Notes under the pieces: model-generated
Seen by the model: the letters and a program-made list of their open reading frames with translations, nothing else
Database searches by the model: none
Told to the model about the DNA's origin: nothing
DNA from: the human T2T-CHM13v2.0 reference genome, Homo sapiens
NCBI RefSeq assembly: GCF_009914755.1
Contig: NC_060936.1
Reading direction: 5' to 3' (one strand)
DNA length: 64,000 nt
Translations under genes and position numbers: made by a program
Part shown: positions 58,080-64,000 of the stretch, one piece after another
Layout: every line of letters starts with the position of its first letter
Numbering within the stretch: the stretch's first letter is position 1

Positions 58080-58518
58080 GATATCTACCAAGGGACTCCC
58101 CTTTGCTGGCCAGTTTTAGGATCTGACTTGGAAATCTTTTTCAAGTTGGGCTCTCAGGAATTGAGAGTTAGAATATTGAGTTAGTTTTGTTGTGGATATT
58201 GAACTAGACAATTACCTAGAGCCGGAGTTGGGGTTCAGGCCAATGATAGCCACATTTATGGAAAAGCCAAAACTCAAGAGCCTTTCCAAGAAGGCAGGTT
58301 AGAAACAAGGCAGCCATGCAGAGATAAGCAGAGATGGGATGTGGCTGCAGAAACAAAGAGGTAAAGTGGCTGCCTCATAACTTTTGGATTAACTGAAACC
58401 CCAGTATATTGCCAGCACCTTATTTCCTTGAGATTCCCTAATCTTTTCGATAAACTTGACAGTTTGTATAGTTTATGGGGGTGTCAGTTTCTTGCAACCA
58501 AATGATTCCTGGCTAATT
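58080..58518 (+). mobile_element. Ancient ERVL/MaLR LTR (LTR33/LTR16/MLT1N-like)
   Basis: 3' end tcagtttcttgcaaccaaatgattcctggctaa; internal aagcagagatg motif. Confidence 0.5.
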
Positions 58519-60129
58519 CTTTGGACCATATTGAGAATTTGAAAACAAGTAAAGTTTCAGATGGAAAAAATGTGACTCATTGAAGAGACAGAGTGAAGAG
58601 CAAGAAAAACATCGCCCCCTCCAACTCCACCCCTGCTTTTGGTGTTTTTTTTTTCCATATAAATTATAGGGCCCAAGCCCCATACTAGGAAAATATCAAT
58701 GTAGGAAGTTTGCTTTTGATGCTCTCCTTCTCGACTTTCATCCATTGTCTACTTAATAGAGGTGCTACCTTCTTTTTTTGGGTACCTAGGGATTCATGCT
58801 CTCATCTTTCTCCCTCTTATAATCAATTTTAGAAAAATATCTGATAAATTTATTTATGAAAAGAGAAAAATAATTTTAAAGCTGTTTCTTCCTCTCTTTC
58901 ATTATCTATGTATATATGTCAGAAAATTTTCATTTTAACAGTGTTCAAAATGTTAAGACACAAAATGAATCTCAAATTCGGAAACTTTAGCTGGTGCAAA
59001 GATGTGGTATTTTGGAGGCTAGGCCACCTGAACATGTTTGAAATCACACTGCAGAGATGGTTGTCTTCTCTGTTTCCATGTTAAGGCTTGCTCTGATTTG
59101 AGGTATGTCTGTGACAGTGTGTGGAATGTGAATATTTAAGAAGAGACCACCCTGCATGTTTGGATTAGTGTCTGTATCTATTTTAACAAGTATGGTGCCT
59201 GGGAATTCAGTTATTATGAGTTCAACTCCAGTTTGGGGTTCTGCATACATTTCAAGGGTAAAGGGCAAAGTACTTGTAGTCTTTCCTCTATGCTTCGTAA
59301 GACTCTCTGAAATATAATATTTTCTGTTAAGTGGACATGTCTTCAAATTGCGCCAGCTACTTGACAGATAGCTTGCATATGCTTATGTATAAGTACATTC
59401 ATAACATACAACTATTCAAAAATGCCAGAATTGTTTTCTGAAAATTCAATTTTGCATAGTTCTGGTAATTAACTCACTGTCAAACTCTGCATAAATTTGA
59501 ATTGCTTCAGCCTGCAATTTCCAAGCTTCTTAAAAGCTTGAATGGAGATCAAACAAAAACTCTCAACCTCACTAATGCAAATGACAATGTAAGACCAACT
59601 CTAAATTTTTTTCTATCATGTAATCAATAAAATCTTATGAATTTGTAAACAGTCCTGTCAAATCTCTAGTCATATATATCCCCAGACTTGGGGTAGCCTG
59701 CAAGGTCACAGAAAAAGAGTCTGAATAAATTTGGTTTTCCGTTAAACTCATCCAGACTCAACTGGTGTGCTTAGATTCATTTATCTTAAGGTATCATGTC
59801 ACAATTTCCTGCTACTGAATAATGATACCATAGAACATTTGTTAGAACCTTTATTCTGGAGTAGTGTGCACAGTAGAGGCACAGAAACTCTGGTGGGATA
59901 ATTAGAGACATGGACTTTATTTCAAGCCAGATTCTTGACTCATAATAGAGTCATATATTTTATTCCTAAATCCTCCCATTCAAAAAACAAGATGATATAT
60001 TAGCATTGTCCAGAATTCTCCAAGGAATGCCGCGGGATCTGGTGAGTGGAGATTTTAATCCCAAATCAGAGATCTTGTCTTTGTGTCTACCACTACTATT
60101 GAATTGTTTTCTAACAAGAAGTTATTAGT

Positions 60130-60590
60130 CTATTCATCCCATTAATTATTTTTGAGTTTGTATTAGGTGCCAGGCTCTGTGCTTGGAAGAAAAAGTTCAG
60201 AGATGAATAAGTTACAGTCTAAAGAGCTTATGGTTGTCATAATAACTACAGTTATAGGAATATGCATGGGTATTATGAAAACCCCAGGGAGTAACACCTA
60301 ACCTGTTTTAGTGGGGATGGGAGACATGGAGTGGAAGAGGAGGGGAAGGGAAGATGAATTGAGGGTGTCATGATGCTTGGGTTAAGTCTTCAAGAATAAC
60401 TAGGAGGTAGCCAGACTTAGATGATAGCTTGAGCAAAGGAATCCATAAAAGTAGCACATTGGTGCCAGAGAGCAAGCTTTTGGTGTGCTGGAGTAAAGAG
60501 TGAGGCAAGAGCATTGAGGGATTGGTGAAAATGAAGAGGGAAGCAGGCACCTGGTCACAGAGGACCACAGGTGCCATCCAGTCCCATATG
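60130..60590 (-). mobile_element. L2 fragment
   Basis: tattaggtgccaggctctgtgcttgg...agatgaataag. Confidence 0.65.
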
Positions 60591-60599
60591 ATTCCTAAT

Positions 60600-61012
60600 T
60601 GCTATGGTTTTGAATGTCCTCTCCAGAACTCATGTTGATGCCTAGTCCCCAGTGTGGCAGTATTGGGTGGGGAGGCCTTTAAGAAGTGATTGGATCATGA
60701 GGGCTCTGCCCTTCTAAATAGATCAATTGATTTATGGATTAATGGATTATCATGGGAGGGGAAATCATGGCTTTATAAGAAGAAGAGAGGTCTAAGATAG
60801 CACCTTAACTTGCATGCCCCCTTGCCATGTGATGCCTGCCACTACCTAAGGACACCACAGTGAGTCCCCACCAGCAGGAAGGCTCCCACCAGATGTGCCC
60901 CCAGATCATGAAATTTCCAGTCTCCATAACTGCAAGAAAAAAAAATCCTTTTCTTTATAAATTGCCCAGTTTCAGATATTCTACTATGAGCAACAGAAAA
61001 TAAACAAAGATA
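60600..61012 (+). mobile_element. MSTD-like MaLR solo LTR
   Basis: tgctatggttttgaatgtcc...ttataaattgcccagtttcag...; perfect TSD ctaat (60595-60599 / 61013-61017). Confidence 0.92.
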
Positions 61013-61349
61013 CTAATCTAAACATATTTCACCAAATTATATAGAGAGAAACCTTTCTTAATTATCTTTCTAGCACCCAAACACAGCACAGGCCTACCAC
61101 TGAATAAAGGCTTAATGAAGATTTCCTGGTCTTAGTCTCAACCTCTAGTTCTTTTTATTTTATTGTTGTTGTTTTAAACAAAGAGACAATTTTCTTTTTT
61201 AGATATCACAGGTCAATTAATCATGTAAAATTGGCTGAAAGTTTTGAACATATAAAATAATTTCAAACATAACTGTATTCATTGTTTCATGTCTTATAGA
61301 ACAAAAAAATATTTAGACAACACAAATTGATTAATAAAAGTTAACCACC

Positions 61350-61550
61350 TGCACTTGATTGAGTGGTATGCTAAACGCTGTGCTATAACTTGGCAATGTA
61401 TATTATGTAATCCATGCAACCATCTCATTAAGTGAATTTTGTCATCCTTATTTTATAGATGCGAAAGTGTCAAAGGTGTGAAATAACTTCCCCATGTTTA
61501 GTTATTATACACAGAGGCAGAGTTTGAACTTCATTCTGTGGGCCTCAAAC
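61350..61550 (-). mobile_element. MIR
   Basis: ccttattttatagatgcgaaagtg...aaataacttcccc...ggcagagtttgaac. Confidence 0.7.
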
Positions 61551-63597
61551 ACCTAGTATTCCAAACAGCACTTCCAGAGCTGGGTACCCAGATAAACAGG
61601 AAAGAACCTCTAGTTAAATTAGTGCAAGAGGTGCACAGGTAGACTATTCCCCCGCCTCCATTTGGTGACATTTGAATTTTGATTACTAGCTAGTTTCAGG
61701 AAATATTTCACCAGAAATTTTACTGACACCATGTTTTATATTGCTTTAATAGATCAAAACCTTCTGATTTGGGGTTTCTTGGGGGGAAAATCTCAATAAA
61801 TCACTGCAAAATCCTTTAGAAATGCCTTTTTGATGGAAGTGTCTTTAACTTGAGTTGAGAGAGGGAACCTTGTCTCTTCTTCTGTAGCTTTTGGAAGGCT
61901 TCTGCTCTCTTTGTGGTTAGACACGCTGTTGGCATTTTTTCCTTCCAGGGAGACCTTCTGAACAGCAGCATTCAGGTTGTCAGAACTTCCTCCCTGCCTG
62001 GGACTGCAATGTGAGAGATTATAGTATACTGTTTGCTACTGGGCTTGAATGATTATAGCAATACATCCAATGTCTATTCTAAACAGAAATGAATCAAAGA
62101 ATGAATAAATGGAAGATATCTCATCAAGACAGGAAAATAATGGTAGCCAAATGAGATTCATATTTGGAGAAAAAGCATGGAGGGCAATCATATTCACACT
62201 TTGGGTTACTTATCATTTCTAAGTCTTATTTTTGCTGAAAAAGATAAAAACCACTCTAACCTCTTTGCCTGTGGCTCAATGTAGATCCAATTTTGAACAT
62301 TTCTTCCACAAAGTGTTTGAGTAAAGGGTTGTAAATAAAAATAAAAATTTATTTTGTAACCTGCCAGTTAAAAATGTTCTTTCTCTTTAATGATTTTCCC
62401 AATATGTTAGCTAAAGAATGATTTACTCCCATTTGCCTACCCTTAAGTTTTCCTGCCCTTCCAGAAGTAGTTCTTTTCTCTGTCTATTTTTTTCACTTGG
62501 ACATTCTTGGCATTCCTTTGCAGAGAAACACAGACCCAAGTTTCAGAGCCTCAACAGGTGATCCACACTTCCCACAAGACTAATGGCAGGGTGGAAGGTA
62601 TGCGCATCTTTTAGTCTTCTCAAGAGCACCCATCTTTTCTTTTTTCCCCAATATTCAGGTTTTGGTCTCTAGTTTCAAGCCCAAGATGGAACACAGTCTG
62701 ACAGGCTCCTACCTTCTTGAAGCATTAGTATTCCTTCTTCTATCTGTCTTCTTTCTTCGAAGGTTCAGACATGACTAGAAAGTAAGTCAATTCTGTTGCC
62801 AGCTCCCTCCTGCTTTCTTTCTTCCTTTATCCTCTCTTCCTCCAGAATGTCCCCACTCTGACAACCTTCTGAGATTTTGGATCTTTCTCTCCCCATCAAC
62901 ATCATCTGATGCAGCTTGGCCAGTAATCTCATTTTCTCACATTCAAGGGCAGTTCATCTGTAAAATAGTTAAACTACATTATTGATAACTGTTAATCATA
63001 TATTAAAATCACTCACTCTTCCTAAAGTGGTAAATGTATGAAATTGTGACACCTTTACAGAGGTGAAAGGATCTCTTAAGAAGCAGTCATTTTGCACTGT
63101 GAACATTTATGTACTTGATTCAGGTGATGGCCTTCTCTGGAACATGGTGGGCTTAGTCTTGCCAATCAAACACTTGACCAGTAAATTACTTCCTTCAGTC
63201 TCTCCTTTAAGACTAAAAAGTACTCATTACTTTCCTCATGTTTCTATATTGGATTTTTGTTCTTCTGTTTTTTAAAGCTAGAAAAGATCAAATCAACTCT
63301 AAAGAATCTATTATAAAATGTCATCTATTAATGCCCCTAAAATGTTTTTTTGCACAAAAGATGAAACATTTCAATCAAAAGTATGGCCCCAAAGTAACCA
63401 TGGAGAAATATGCTGCCCATACATTAAGGAAGGAGTGAGGGATACTGTTTGAAGTCTGGTATTTTATCTTATAACATATAAGATCTTAGCATTAACTCTT
63501 GTACCAAGTGGCCCTTGTCCAACATGTGTGTTTATATTGGCGTCTCTTTAGAATTTTTTTTGTAAACACTGCCAACTCATCATAACTTTGCTTTTAG

Positions 63598-63612
63598 CAT
63601 CTTCTAAAAGAG
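63598..63612 (+). other. Candidate 15-nt microexon
   Basis: ctttgcttttag|CATCTTCTAAAAGAG|gtaagc; motif only. Confidence 0.25.
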
Positions 63613-64000
63613 GTAAGCAACATAATAACATTGCTTATGATACATATAAAAACACTTTCTTGTAAGTGCTAAGAGTCCTAGATTTACAAAAAATCTTGTA
63701 AACTTAAGAACACGGACTATATACAAAATATAAAGTAAGAGTTGTACTAGACATTCAAATACTTATAGTATTTTCCCTATCTTGTAAAAAGATACACTTT
63801 TTAGTGTTGTTAGAATGCCTTAAGAATCATGGCCTCTTGGGTTTAAATTTATGTAAAAAACTACACAGTTTCCATTTTCTGGTTTATTTTGTCCTGGGTG
63901 TGTCATTGGAAAGGATAGCTTAGAACTTAATGACAATGGGAATCCAAAAAGCTGGTTCAAACAATTTTAGGGTTTCAATAGCAGTTTCAAGTGATACCAC

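Overview
AT-rich, CpG-depleted primate (human-like) non-coding DNA: intergenic or a long intron. I can support no protein-coding gene, RNA gene or CRISPR array. About half of the window is fossil transposable elements: seven Alu copies (AluJ/AluS-like, no clear AluY), L1MC/L1MB/L1ME fragments, many L2 and MIR pieces, a full-length THE1 MaLR provirus, a full-length Tigger1 DNA transposon, an internally deleted MLT2/ERV-L provirus, and several solo LTRs. Many are nested, several with readable target-site duplications (TSDs). Family names come from my recall of consensus sequences, not a search, and boundaries of the ancient elements are approximate. The best leads are in unique sequence on the + strand: (i) a recursive-splice-site-like cassette (pyrimidine tract-TAG|GTAAGT, then a second donor GTGAGT 39 nt downstream) at 29491-29549, and (ii) a 15-nt, UGC-preceded, neural-type microexon candidate at 63598-63612. 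Together they would fit a long + strand intron of an unidentified gene. Other leads: two L1MC copies that look locally duplicated, a THE1 with discordant LTR ends, an Alu-tail (ATTCT)n-type repeat, CTCF and MEF2/double-E-box motifs, and a 206-codon ATG-initiated ORF. None is proven, and I cannot show a new biological system from the sequence alone.
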